55,716 nt of DNA from IMG/VR virus record IMGVR_UViG_3300025127_000047, positions 1 to 55,716 of that record; one strand, 5' to 3'. Numbering within the stretch: the stretch's first letter is position 1; each line of letters starts with the position of its first letter. The translations under genes were made by a program, and so were the position numbers. Source of the DNA: a virus. Lineage: Duplodnaviria; Caudoviricetes. Shown here piece by piece: positions 28,932 to 38,128 of this stretch. The notes under the pieces are model-generated. The model saw only the letters and a list, made by a program, of their open reading frames with translations. It had not been told where the DNA came from and did no database searches.

Positions 28932-29392
28932 TCGCTGAATTGGTCTATAAGTTCACGAAGCTTTTCTCTAGCTTCCTTGTTATCCATTAATTCTTTTCTA
29001 CTTTCAATCCCAATATAATCTCTTACATACACTGCTGTTTCTTTTTCTCCAAATTCTTTTTCAACTCTGTAAAAAGCATCTTCACTTTTTTCCATTTGAT
29101 ATTTTTCTGCACAAAAATTTTGGAAGTCAGTATCTTTACACATTAAACCTGCTCTCGCTATTGCTCTCTCTCCCTCTGTTTTTTCTTTTGGAACTACTGG
29201 CTGTTCGTTATCATCTAATTGCACCATAGCCACTTGATACCTAGAGCCAACCCAATCCCTAAATAAACTTTCAGGAACTTCGTCAGGGTGTACTGATAGC
29301 GTTAATATAAATCCATGCTTGTCTTGTCGCATGGTAAGTTTGATAGCTTCAAAATTAATCGTTGCTCTTTTCATTTGATTTTCATAATCCAT
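28922..29392 (-). CDS. Phage hypothetical protein
   Basis: ORF track; overlaps neighbours. Confidence 0.65.
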   Translation of the reverse strand: MDYENQMKRATINFEAIKLTMRQDKHGFILTLSVHPDEVPESLFRDWVGSRYQVAMVQLDDNEQPVVPKEKTEGERAIARAGLMCKDTDFQNFCAEKYQMEKSEDAFYRVEKEFGEKETAVYVRDYIGIESRKELMDNKEAREKLRELIDQFSEWV

Positions 29393-29485
29393 AATTACCT
29401 CTTGTCTATTTCATCTTTAATAATTAAGTACATCATTGTTGCCACAATATATATACTACCCACAAATAATAATCCCAATAAAATA

Positions 29486-29638
29486 TCAATCATTATCTTT
29501 ATTTTTTTTAGATACTATTTCGTAATGATTAACTAAATCTTTTTCATATTTTTCTTTAAACATTTTTTTTAATTCAGGATATGTTTTATCTATTACATTT
29601 TCTTCAGTATAAATAACAGCTTTAATTGTGTTGCTCAT
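29486..29638 (-). CDS. Small hypothetical protein
   Basis: Probable start ATG 29638 (MSNTIK). Confidence 0.45.
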   Translation of the reverse strand: MSNTIKAVIYTEENVIDKTYPELKKMFKEKYEKDLVNHYEIVSKKNKDND

Positions 29639-29936
29639 CTTTATCCTCTTGACTTGTGTATTCTCCATATACCATGTAATTCATTTTCGCCCATTCAATA
29701 GCATCTATTCCATGCAAAGCCCACCATCTAGCTTCCTTACCAGTTCTATGACAATCCATGTGATGTTCTCTGCATAAAGGCACTGCCCACTGGTCGCCAT
29801 TTTTTAAACCCCAACCTCTATGCTGTGCGTGTCTTAGGTGGTGTGCATCAACATCTTTTCTGCCACAAACCAAACAACCACTACCGCTTTTCCTTACATA
29901 AGCTAAATACTTTTTATCTCTTATTCTTTCTGTCAT
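29622..29936 (-). CDS. DUF968 / HNH-like zinc-binding nuclease
   Basis: CLVCG...DAHH...G.GLK..D.WAVPLCREHH..CH; start moved to ATG 29936. Confidence 0.8.
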   Translation of the reverse strand: MTERIRDKKYLAYVRKSGSGCLVCGRKDVDAHHLRHAQHRGWGLKNGDQWAVPLCREHHMDCHRTGKEARWWALHGIDAIEWAKMNYMVYGEYTSQEDKDEQHN

Positions 29937-30042
29937 TTTTTTTCTTTTTCTTTTTACCAAATATTGCTTCAAAGTTTTTATCAAACTTATCTTTATCGTA
30001 GGGCTTTTGCATACTGCCTTTGCCCCCATGCCATTTAGTCAT
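29914..30042 (-). CDS. Small basic phage protein (MTKWHGGKGS...DKFDKNFEAIFGKK)
   Basis: 42-aa ORF read manually. Confidence 0.55.
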   Translation of the reverse strand: MTKWHGGKGSMQKPYDKDKFDKNFEAIFGKKKKKKNDRKNKR

Positions 30043-30284
30043 TGTCTTTTCTTGACTGCGTGTAATTGCTCATATTCAACCAATCAATATCATCTTCCTC
30101 TTTTCTACTATCAAAGTAATAGATAAAAGATGCGTAGGTATTTCTCCACATCTTATCTATAAAGTTATCAATTTTTTTTAACAGTTTTATCAATTACATT
30201 CTCCCTCTAAATAAATAGAACAAAGCTTTTAATCTCCATTCAGACAAATATCTAAGGTGTTCAGGTATCTTTCTCTTATCCATA

Positions 30285-30638
30285 TTAAAAAGGTATCTCC
30301 TCATCATCTTCAAATTTATAACTGCTTTCAGCATTAACACTATCCATTGCTTGTTGTGATGCCATTTCTTTTTTCATTTGGTAATCATCTATTTCAAGAA
30401 CAGTGTAATAGTATTCAGTTTTCTTTTCGTTGTTTGATATTCTGTTCCACATAGCAACTGAAATATCAACTCCCTTTTCAACCCTACCATCATTCTTAAT
30501 AAAATTTACCATCTGCTGTAAGAAGTCAGGTGTAATCTTTATCGTTGATTTAAAGTCAGGCTGTTTATCGTTGCTCTTAAATCCATTCTTGTAGATGTAG
30601 CAAACTTGTTTTGGTTTATCGTTTTTAAAATCAGACAT
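30285..30638 (-). CDS. Putative single-stranded DNA-binding protein
   Basis: K.NDKQPDF motif; acidic C-terminal DDEEIPF tail; adjacent to the annealase. Confidence 0.65.
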   Translation of the reverse strand: MSDFKNDKPKQVCYIYKNGFKSNDKQPDFKSTIKITPDFLQQMVNFIKNDGRVEKGVDISVAMWNRISNNEKKTEYYYTVLEIDDYQMKKEMASQQAMDSVNAESSYKFEDDEEIPF

Positions 30639-30639
30639 T

Positions 30640-31311
30640 TTAGTTCTCCTCGTTTTGTAGTTCTGTTTTTTTAAGTTTAAATTTATTTAATACTTCTTCA
30701 GATATATCTGCATATCTTTCTTTCAAAATATTAAACTGCGGTTTATTGGTGTCGCTAGTGTAAAGACTTTGTAAATCACTAACTGTTTTAGATTTTTTAA
30801 TAAGTAGTTCCATACTTTCAGCAAACAACTTCGCCCAAGCTTCATCATACTTATCTTTTACTTCAGGCTTATTATCTTTTTCTTCAGAGGGTAAATGATT
30901 ATCCCATTGTGCAAAGACACTCATACCTAGTCCAAACATAGCTAAGTTTTTAACAAGACATCTCATGCGGTTATCATTCAACTGTCTTGCATCTATATCT
31001 TTTACAGGATTGTTCTTATAATCCATGATAGGTAGAGCCATTTGTCTTGTATGTTTACCTATAGTTATTTCAGTAATAACTTCAGCACTACCATCAGGTA
31101 GTAATCTGTATGGCAGTCCATCAATATCACAGAACTTATACTTCATCTCATACACATTGGATACAAGCATGACTGCTCTAGCCCAAGATAAATAAGTTAA
31201 GTTCATCTTTTGCTCTGTATATTCAGACACATCAATCGCACTCAATGTATCCCATATTTCTTTAAAGGTTAAATCATTTTCAGACTTAACCACTTCAGCT
31301 TCTTTTTTCAT
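30640..31311 (-). CDS. Sak3/DUF1071-like single-strand annealing protein
   Basis: LTYLSWA, LPIMDYKNN, N.NRMRCLVKNLAMFGLG. Confidence 0.85.
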   Translation of the reverse strand: MKKEAEVVKSENDLTFKEIWDTLSAIDVSEYTEQKMNLTYLSWARAVMLVSNVYEMKYKFCDIDGLPYRLLPDGSAEVITEITIGKHTRQMALPIMDYKNNPVKDIDARQLNDNRMRCLVKNLAMFGLGMSVFAQWDNHLPSEEKDNKPEVKDKYDEAWAKLFAESMELLIKKSKTVSDLQSLYTSDTNKPQFNILKERYADISEEVLNKFKLKKTELQNEEN

Positions 31312-31522
31312 TTTGCATACTCCTTGCTATTTGAATTAAAAGTTTTGTATCAGTAGATACAAATTGGTCAAAACTCATTTGCGTTGTTTTAATAATCGCA
31401 TTTGAATAATCTTGTATTGATACAGTCCTATCATCTTCTATCACAACTTTAATCTGTGATAGGTTTTCTCTTGATAACAACTGCATAAAACCTAAAATCT
31501 TTCTCTCTATTTCATTTACCAT
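31295..31522 (-). CDS. Hypothetical protein
   Basis: Probable start ATG 31522 behind AGGA. Confidence 0.55.
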   Translation of the reverse strand: MVNEIERKILGFMQLLSRENLSQIKVVIEDDRTVSIQDYSNAIIKTTQMSFDQFVSTDTKLLIQIARSMQNEKRS

Positions 31523-31527
31523 AAATA

Positions 31528-32409
31528 TTAATCCTTTAATACTTGTTGATATTGCGGACACCACTCATTAACTTTACAGTAGTTATCCTCACATCTAACT
31601 GACACACCTTGTCTAAATTCTATGTCGTACTCCTCTCCCTTTTTCTTTGCAAACTCTCTAGCTTCTTCTTCGTTTTCAAAAACTTTTAATGCCCTAACAT
31701 TCTTTTTCTTTTTGACAGCGTATGTGTCCTCTCTTTTCCACATCTCATCAAAGCTACACTCAACCATATCTTTTCCATTCATGTAGTCTTGTAAGGCTTC
31801 TTGATGCGTTCTAACCCTATCAGCTACATACTTACTCTGTTCTTCAAAACTCCATAGCTTTATAGGTACAACTACTATCTGTTGTTGTGGATAATTGCTA
31901 TCTCTTTTTGCATTGTTCCTATTCCAATCTCGTAAGAAACAAATAATTTTTAACTCTTTAATTTTTACTTTCTTGTTTGCTTCTACTAGATACGCATAAC
32001 AATTTAATTGTCTCTCCCAATCTAATTTAGGATTCTTTACAGCCCAAACACTCGTAAACTTATAATCCATAATCGTAATAGACCCATCATCTTCTAGCTT
32101 TTGCACATCAATCGCACCTGATATAGTCCAGTCCTCTACATCTACAAACAATCTTTCTTCTACCAAGTGTTCATCATCAGCACCTTTCTCTGTAATGTGA
32201 TGTAATGCACTACCCAAGTTAGCCCAAAAAGTATCAACCACATCTTCAGTGATTCTGTTTTCGTTAATCATTCTTAATACTGATATTTGTGGGGCATCTA
32301 TTAACTGCGTAATACTTCTATGTGAATTGCCCCTAGAATAATCTCTGCTTTCAGCAAGATTAACTAAGGTTTGTGGTAGGTTATATTTGTTTGTTATTGT
32401 GTTCGCCAT
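31528..32409 (-). CDS. PD-(D/E)XK exonuclease (Cas4/RecB-like)
   Basis: LGSALHHI..., EERLF, ISGAIDVQ, IMDYKFT, QLNCY, C..YC....WC. Confidence 0.85.
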   Translation of the reverse strand: MANTITNKYNLPQTLVNLAESRDYSRGNSHRSITQLIDAPQISVLRMINENRITEDVVDTFWANLGSALHHITEKGADDEHLVEERLFVDVEDWTISGAIDVQKLEDDGSITIMDYKFTSVWAVKNPKLDWERQLNCYAYLVEANKKVKIKELKIICFLRDWNRNNAKRDSNYPQQQIVVVPIKLWSFEEQSKYVADRVRTHQEALQDYMNGKDMVECSFDEMWKREDTYAVKKKKNVRALKVFENEEEAREFAKKKGEEYDIEFRQGVSVRCEDNYCKVNEWCPQYQQVLKD

Positions 32410-32645
32410 ACCCTAATACCTAAATCTATTTCTCTTGTAGTAAAAGAAAAACTTTTTGGAAGATGTAGTTTTGTGTAGTTCAATTTGTTTCTAACCTTAT
32501 GAACTTCAGTAGTTCCATCTTCAGGTATAGGGATTACAAAAGACTGTCCAACCTCTAGGCTAGATAATGCAGTAAACAAGGCGTTGTTTCTAGGCTTTCT
32601 AATTATAGGTGGTATAGGAATATTATCTTCTATCTTATAATCCAT
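32394..32645 (-). CDS. Small putative DNA-binding protein (IEDNIPIP...LEVGQSF...GIRVWR)
   Basis: Pattern typical of small phage DNA-binding proteins; first gene of the leftward operon. Confidence 0.6.
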   Translation of the reverse strand: MDYKIEDNIPIPPIIRKPRNNALFTALSSLEVGQSFVIPIPEDGTTEVHKVRNKLNYTKLHLPKSFSFTTREIDLGIRVWRTQ

Positions 32646-32735
32646 AGTATTTTTCTCTCTCTATTTTTTACTTACTGCTTGTTATTATATGAATTTTATT
32701 ATTAAATACAATATGAATTTAAAATTATTTTTTTT

Positions 32736-33005
32736 ATGAGTAAGCTAAAAGAAATTTATTTATCAGTAATTATCCAAGCCATTAGAGATATAGCTAGTAG
32801 CGATAAGAAAAAATATAAAGATGGTATTGACTGGATAGTATCAAAAGAATTTATTGATGTTTGTGGTATCGTAGGTATTCAACCTCATGCCATTAGACAA
32901 TCTTTGTTAGGGTTATTAAACACTTCAAACAAAAAGAAATTATCTGAAGATATTATCTCATCAATATCAGCGACAGTTTGGCAAAGGGAAAATATAACTG
33001 ATTAG
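32736..33005 (+). CDS. Hypothetical protein
   Basis: VI.QAI.D...W....F..VC pattern; ORF track. Confidence 0.6.
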   Translation: MSKLKEIYLSVIIQAIRDIASSDKKKYKDGIDWIVSKEFIDVCGIVGIQPHAIRQSLLGLLNTSNKKKLSEDIISSISATVWQRENITD

Positions 33006-33088
33006 TGTATTACTAGATTAGTAATATACTATATATTTAATATTAGTTATTCACTAGAATAAATAGTATAAACCTAAAAGGAGTAAGT

Positions 33089-34849
33089 ATGCAAATCCAA
33101 GAACATTATATTAATGATGAGTACCTAGATGATGGACAAAATAAAAGAATAACTTGTCCATCTTGTAGTCATTTGCGAAAAAAGAAACACGAAAAGACCC
33201 TCTCTCTTACAAGAGATGGGGATAAAATTTTATATCAATGTTGGCATTGCCAACTATCAGGGGCAGTAAACATGAACAAGCAACCATATAAACCAACAAC
33301 AAAAAAGACAACACCTATTGCTGTATTAAAGACTTCAGAATACGAAAACACAGCAGTAGCTACCAGTAAATTATCTGCAACTGAAAAAAAATTCCTTAAA
33401 TCTAGGGGCATATCAGAGGATACAGCAAAAAAATATGGAATATTATTTGATGAAAGAGGTTTCAATGGCGTTGGTAAAAAACAAGCAATAGGATTTCCAT
33501 ATCATGTAAACGACAAACTTCAAGCAGTGAAATGGAGAAGCATAGATGGAAAAAGTTTTACCCAAGATGGGGCTTCAAGAAGTTTATTTGGTTTTGATAA
33601 ATTAAATATTAACGACTTAATAGTTATTTGTGAAGGGGAGTTAGATGCACTTGCACTTTATGAAGCGGGTATAGATTGTGCTGTATCAGTTCCTAATGGG
33701 GCTGTGATGAAAGTGTCAAATAATAAAATATCTCCTGAAGAAGATAAGAAGTTTAGTTATATATGGGAAGTAGCAGAAAAGCTAGACGCTATTAAAAAAA
33801 TTGTTTTATGTTGTGATAATGATGAAAGCGGTAAAGCTTTAACAGAAGAATTAGCTAGACGAATTGGAAAAAATAAAGTGTTCCTAGCTGAAATGCCTAA
33901 TGGATACAAAGATGCTAATGAATGTTTGTTATCAGGGGGGAAAGAGATACTGCAAAAAGTTATCAATGATGCCAAGCCATATCCTTTATCCTCTTTGTAT
34001 AAGAGTAGTCATTATGAGAACAGTGTTGTTGAATTGTATGACAAGGGTTTTATGACTGGTATTTCTACAGGCTTTGATAATGTAGATGAATTATTTAGGA
34101 TTGCTGGTGGACAATTATCTATTATAACAGGCATACCAAGTTCAGGTAAGTCTGAATTTATAGACCAAATGATGATTAACCTAGCAAGAAATGAAGATTG
34201 GAAGTTTGCTATTTGTAGTTTTGAGAATCCACCTGACTTACATATTGCAAAACTTGTGGAAAAGTATGTGGGTAAATCTTTTTTTAGTGGGGCAACTCAA
34301 CGCATGACAGAAGATGAGAGAGATAACGCACTTAGATTCGTTGAAGAACATTTTTTGTTTATTGATTTTACAGGCGGGGAAAATCCTACAATAGATAGTA
34401 TCCTTGAAAAAGGTATAGGGGCTGTAAGACAGATGGGTTGTAGAGGTATAGTGATAGACCCTTACAACTATATTGATATGGACAGAAGCTTTAGTGAGAC
34501 TGATAGCATATCTCGTATGCTTACTAAAGTTTCCCAGTATGCAAAAGCCCATGATGTTCATGTATTTTTTGTAGCACACCCTATGAAACTTTATCCTGAT
34601 AGCAAAGGTAATATACCAATTCCGACTGGCTATAATATAAGTGGCTCTGCTTCGTGGTTTTCTAAAGCTGATGTAGGCATAACAGTTCATAGAGAAGATA
34701 ATGATATGGTCTCTATAAACTGTTGGAAGTGTAGGTTTAAGTGGATAGGTAAACAAGGACAAACCATGCTAGACTATGATGTACCAACAGGAGTTTATTC
34801 TGATATGACACAAATTGATTTTGATGAAAAGTATGACTTCACATTTTAA
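33089..34849 (+). CDS. Primase-helicase (T7 gp4/Twinkle-like)
   Basis: Zn finger CPSC...CWHC; TOPRIM ICEGELDAL, DNDESG, KDANE; Walker A TGIPSSGKS; IVIDPYN; FVAHP. Confidence 0.93.
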   Translation: MQIQEHYINDEYLDDGQNKRITCPSCSHLRKKKHEKTLSLTRDGDKILYQCWHCQLSGAVNMNKQPYKPTTKKTTPIAVLKTSEYENTAVATSKLSATEKKFLKSRGISEDTAKKYGILFDERGFNGVGKKQAIGFPYHVNDKLQAVKWRSIDGKSFTQDGASRSLFGFDKLNINDLIVICEGELDALALYEAGIDCAVSVPNGAVMKVSNNKISPEEDKKFSYIWEVAEKLDAIKKIVLCCDNDESGKALTEELARRIGKNKVFLAEMPNGYKDANECLLSGGKEILQKVINDAKPYPLSSLYKSSHYENSVVELYDKGFMTGISTGFDNVDELFRIAGGQLSIITGIPSSGKSEFIDQMMINLARNEDWKFAICSFENPPDLHIAKLVEKYVGKSFFSGATQRMTEDERDNALRFVEEHFLFIDFTGGENPTIDSILEKGIGAVRQMGCRGIVIDPYNYIDMDRSFSETDSISRMLTKVSQYAKAHDVHVFFVAHPMKLYPDSKGNIPIPTGYNISGSASWFSKADVGITVHREDNDMVSINCWKCRFKWIGKQGQTMLDYDVPTGVYSDMTQIDFDEKYDFTF

Positions 34850-35345
34850 ATCTACTGACTTAGGTACTAAGTTCTTACATCAACATAGTGTTTTTGTAAT
34901 AGAAGATTTAGGGAAGAAATATTTTAGATGCAGGAATACTACAGAAAATATAATAGATAAGTTATATATTAACTCGTTAATAGATGATAAAGAATATCAT
35001 GCGGGTCAATTTGTTTTGTATGTTTGTTTGCAGTCAGGATTATTAGGACAAGGTGGGATTAACTTATCCCTTGCGGGTAAGTCAACTGATGAAAAGCAAT
35101 CTTCGTATAGATTACTAAAGTCTATGAGATTAAAACAGATTACCAATATGTTTAATAAAGATAAAAAACATTTGGGTAATTTTGTTATTAAAGTGATTAG
35201 TGATAATAAAGAAATCAACAAGCAATCTGATATGGCTCTCTTTAAAAGGGGGCTACACCAAATATCAAATCGCTTGTATCATTCAAGTTTAAACAACGCA
35301 AAAACTACTTGTCATTACGCTGTTCAATCTGTTGTCGAAGCATAA
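34833..35345 (+). CDS. Hypothetical protein
   Basis: ORF overlapping the helicase end; start uncertain. Confidence 0.55.
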   Translation: MTSHFKSTDLGTKFLHQHSVFVIEDLGKKYFRCRNTTENIIDKLYINSLIDDKEYHAGQFVLYVCLQSGLLGQGGINLSLAGKSTDEKQSSYRLLKSMRLKQITNMFNKDKKHLGNFVIKVISDNKEINKQSDMALFKRGLHQISNRLYHSSLNNAKTTCHYAVQSVVEA

Positions 35346-35475
35346 AGATTATTTGTGAAGATAAACTTCTACAATTCTTATCTGCTTCTGCTTGTATTTT
35401 TTTTCGCATATCGTCAGGCATACGAATCGTAAAATAATTTTTACTTACTATTGGTTTTTTAAAAGCTGTTGTCAT
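35305..35475 (-). CDS. Arc-like ribbon-helix-helix repressor (missed by the ORF track)
   Basis: 56 aa, MTTAFKKPIVSKNYFTIRMPDDMRKKIQAEADKNCRSLSSQIIFML..., aligns by eye to Arc F.LR.P......V...A..N.RS..SEI; AGGAG RBS. Confidence 0.85.
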   Translation of the reverse strand: MTTAFKKPIVSKNYFTIRMPDDMRKKIQAEADKNCRSLSSQIIFMLRQQIEQRNDK

Positions 35476-35484
35476 TTTTTACTC

Positions 35485-35655
35485 CTATAATTTATAAGCT
35501 TTATCAATTAATTTATTAGCTTCAAGTCTTAAAAGAAAAACTTCATCTTGCATCTTCTTTAATTTATCTTTAGCCATTCTTAATTTATCTTCTGCTGTTG
35601 CTATATCTGATTGAATTTTATTAATCAGTTCCATTTTTTTTCTATCTTTTATCAT
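35485..35655 (-). CDS. Small coiled-coil protein
   Basis: 56-aa ORF read manually; AAGGAG RBS. Confidence 0.55.
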   Translation of the reverse strand: MIKDRKKMELINKIQSDIATAEDKLRMAKDKLKKMQDEVFLLRLEANKLIDKAYKL

Positions 35656-35658
35656 TAC

Positions 35659-35877
35659 TTACTCCTTATTTTTATTTTTAATTCTTAAAATTCTAGTTTT
35701 TTTATCCCAAGTATATTTAAGTTCTTTACCTTTATACATTCGTTTAAAACTATTTTTTTTAAACACATAATTATTTGTGTCTCCAAGTTCTTCTTTAAAG
35801 ATAATTTTTATTTCATCAATATCATCAACAATATTTTTATCTTCTTCTATTAGTTCAAAAAATTCTTCTATTAACAT
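35659..35877 (-). CDS. Hypothetical protein
   Basis: ORF with AAGGAG RBS. Confidence 0.6.
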   Translation of the reverse strand: MLIEEFFELIEEDKNIVDDIDEIKIIFKEELGDTNNYVFKKNSFKRMYKGKELKYTWDKKTRILRIKNKNKE

Positions 35878-35886
35878 TCTTACTCC

Positions 35887-36069
35887 TTAATATTTATGAT
35901 AGATTTCTTCTGCTATGTGAAATAAGATGTCATCTCTGTCATCATCTTCACACAACCCTAATCTTTTGCTTATGTACTGCACTTCTTCTTCAAGCAATCC
36001 TTTGCTGTCATCTTCCTCAACTTGTTGCATTACTTTTTCAAATGCTTGTTCGTTATGTTGATTACTCAT
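35887..36069 (-). CDS. Small acidic hypothetical protein
   Basis: ORF with GGAG RBS. Confidence 0.6.
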   Translation of the reverse strand: MSNQHNEQAFEKVMQQVEEDDSKGLLEEEVQYISKRLGLCEDDDRDDILFHIAEEIYHKY

Positions 36070-36782
36070 TTATTGTTCTCCTCTAAGTAATAATTTAATA
36101 TCTGTTTTGTATCATTCATATCTCTATAAGTTTGGTCGCCATGCCACACCCATTTAGATATTAACCAGTGTGTATTATCTTTAGGTAATAAAGGACTGTA
36201 TGCGGACACACCAAACGCATCTAGGTTTTTTATAATATCGTCTAACCAAATAGATGAAGCACCATATCCATTGTCATAAGTTCTGCTATCGCATGAATAC
36301 CTAGAATACCTATCTTTTAAAAGTTCTAATTTATTTTCAAAAGATGTAGGAATAGTTCTATCAACATACCAGTATCTTTCGCTGTCTTTTTTTAAAAATC
36401 TTTCCATGTTCATACCATTGCCAAAGTTTCTAATAACAAACCAGTCAGGATTTTTTCTGCCTTTATATTTGTAGTCAGTAAGATTAACAAACCAAACAAC
36501 ATCTGATAAACACCACATCATTTCTTTTATAGCAAAAAAATTTTGATGTATGTATCTGTTCTCTTTAGCTTTTCTTGTTGAATTTGGATACATAAAACTA
36601 GATTTAAGTTTTACTGGATTACCAAGCAAATTTTTTAATTCATCATAAGTACAATTTAAGTATCCACTTCTATTAACCTCATTTATTACAGAAAAATAAG
36701 GACTAAATTTATTCATTGTAAAGTCTGATACATCTTTAAATCCCACGCTGTTATGAGTTTCAATAGGGTATTTATATTCCAT
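36066..36782 (-). CDS. Hypothetical protein
   Basis: 238-aa ORF, translationally coupled. Confidence 0.65.
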   Translation of the reverse strand: MEYKYPIETHNSVGFKDVSDFTMNKFSPYFSVINEVNRSGYLNCTYDELKNLLGNPVKLKSSFMYPNSTRKAKENRYIHQNFFAIKEMMWCLSDVVWFVNLTDYKYKGRKNPDWFVIRNFGNGMNMERFLKKDSERYWYVDRTIPTSFENKLELLKDRYSRYSCDSRTYDNGYGASSIWLDDIIKNLDAFGVSAYSPLLPKDNTHWLISKWVWHGDQTYRDMNDTKQILNYYLEENNK

Positions 36783-37108
36783 TACTTCTCCCAGTTAAAT
36801 TCTTGTTTTAAAGTTTCAACTTCCATCTCTATTATCTCAACGACATCTTCGTTATCTTCTTCTGTCTGCTTGAATACTAGATGTTTAGCTTTAGGTATCT
36901 TCCCGCTTTCATGTCGTTCAGGATATAAAATATCTAAGGCTCTCTGATTAACTTCAACTAAAGTATTAAATGATTTAACTAACATAAAGTCAGCATCACT
37001 TTTTTTCTTTGGTGTTCTATCTATATGCTTATAGATTTCATTACAGGTATTGATATTGGCATCAATCATTTGTCTTAAAAGTTCATTGTTATTATTTACT
37101 AAATACAT
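36782..37108 (-). CDS. Hypothetical protein
   Basis: ORF with AAGGAG RBS. Confidence 0.6.
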   Translation of the reverse strand: MYLVNNNNELLRQMIDANINTCNEIYKHIDRTPKKKSDADFMLVKSFNTLVEVNQRALDILYPERHESGKIPKAKHLVFKQTEEDNEDVVEIIEMEVETLKQEFNWEK

Positions 37109-37110
37109 AA

Positions 37111-37827
37111 TTACTCCTTGTTAAGTATTACTTCGTTAATAGATAAAGGGTTTTCCCACATTAATTTTTTGGATAGCTTTCTATATCTGCTACCCATAAT
37201 TCTATAGTTCATCAAAGTTATTGTTGGGTCAGAATAATCCCAAACTTTGTTAGCATCTAAGACAGAATATCTTTTAATGCTTTCAGGTTTAATCTCTCCA
37301 AGATAACAGGCATTACCTAGATACTCTAAACTGTTAGTATAATCATCTTGAAATTCAGATATATTATCTCTAAAGTATTCAGTTCTAGCTGTCATATCTT
37401 CATGTCCGATAGACATAAAATAATCTTGCCACATAGTATTATTTCTTGTAGCTTGTTCCATAAAATCTTCATCAGGATAAAGATTACAGGCATCAACCTC
37501 TACTTCTAGGACTACAGGCTTTACAAAGCCATCATACATATCATCTTCGCCTATAGAACATATAGCAAAGTAAACTGCATAAGAGTTCGTGAGATACACC
37601 ATATCATTTCTACTGCGTATGGTATGTGTCCAATTACCCTCGCTGTTTCCTCTAGGATATAGCCCATCTTTAAGTATCTTATCCAAGTTATTTGTATTAG
37701 TTCCATGATAAAGAACAACTTTACCTGTGGAATAATCTTCAACTGGATAGTTCAAATCGCAGTCATTTTTTTCTTTCAAAAGATTGTCTGCCATATCTTT
37801 ATATTTTTTTAGTTCTGCTTTGTTCAC
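37111..37827 (-). CDS. ADP-ribosyltransferase-fold protein (H-type, Tpt1/KptA-like)
   Basis: LYHGT....LDKILKDGL.P, VYLT...A..FA, PVVLEV, IKPESI. Confidence 0.7.
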   Translation of the reverse strand: MNKAELKKYKDMADNLLKEKNDCDLNYPVEDYSTGKVVLYHGTNTNNLDKILKDGLYPRGNSEGNWTHTIRSRNDMVYLTNSYAVYFAICSIGEDDMYDGFVKPVVLEVEVDACNLYPDEDFMEQATRNNTMWQDYFMSIGHEDMTARTEYFRDNISEFQDDYTNSLEYLGNACYLGEIKPESIKRYSVLDANKVWDYSDPTITLMNYRIMGSRYRKLSKKLMWENPLSINEVILNKE

Positions 37828-37915
37828 TTTCTTAACTCCTTTTCGTTTATATAAATTGTTGCTATCAATACTATTGAAAGTATTGTGTAGCTAAGTATTT
37901 CTAGCTTAGTCATTC

Positions 37916-38083
37916 TTACTCCTCATCAATAGTAATTATTTTAACTAATACTGCTCTACCACCTTTAAAAAAGTCTTTGTATTTATCTGTATCAAAGTCT
38001 TTTTTTAAGTGTTGCAGTAATTCCATTTCATTATTGCTATCGCTTATAATGTCTTTGTCGCTTATAAGTGCATATTCTTTCAT
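37916..38083 (-). CDS. Small hypothetical protein (MKEYALISDK...)
   Basis: 55-aa ORF read manually; AAGGAG RBS. Confidence 0.5.
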   Translation of the reverse strand: MKEYALISDKDIISDSNNEMELLQHLKKDFDTDKYKDFFKGGRAVLVKIITIDEE

Positions 38084-38128
38084 AATATTTTTTTACTCCT
38101 TATAAATATTAATCTGTTAATAAATAGG

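Noticed and set aside
31528-32409. Cas4-like gene as evidence of a CRISPR system
   Set aside because: No array or other cas genes; sits in a standard exonuclease-annealase-SSB recombination module
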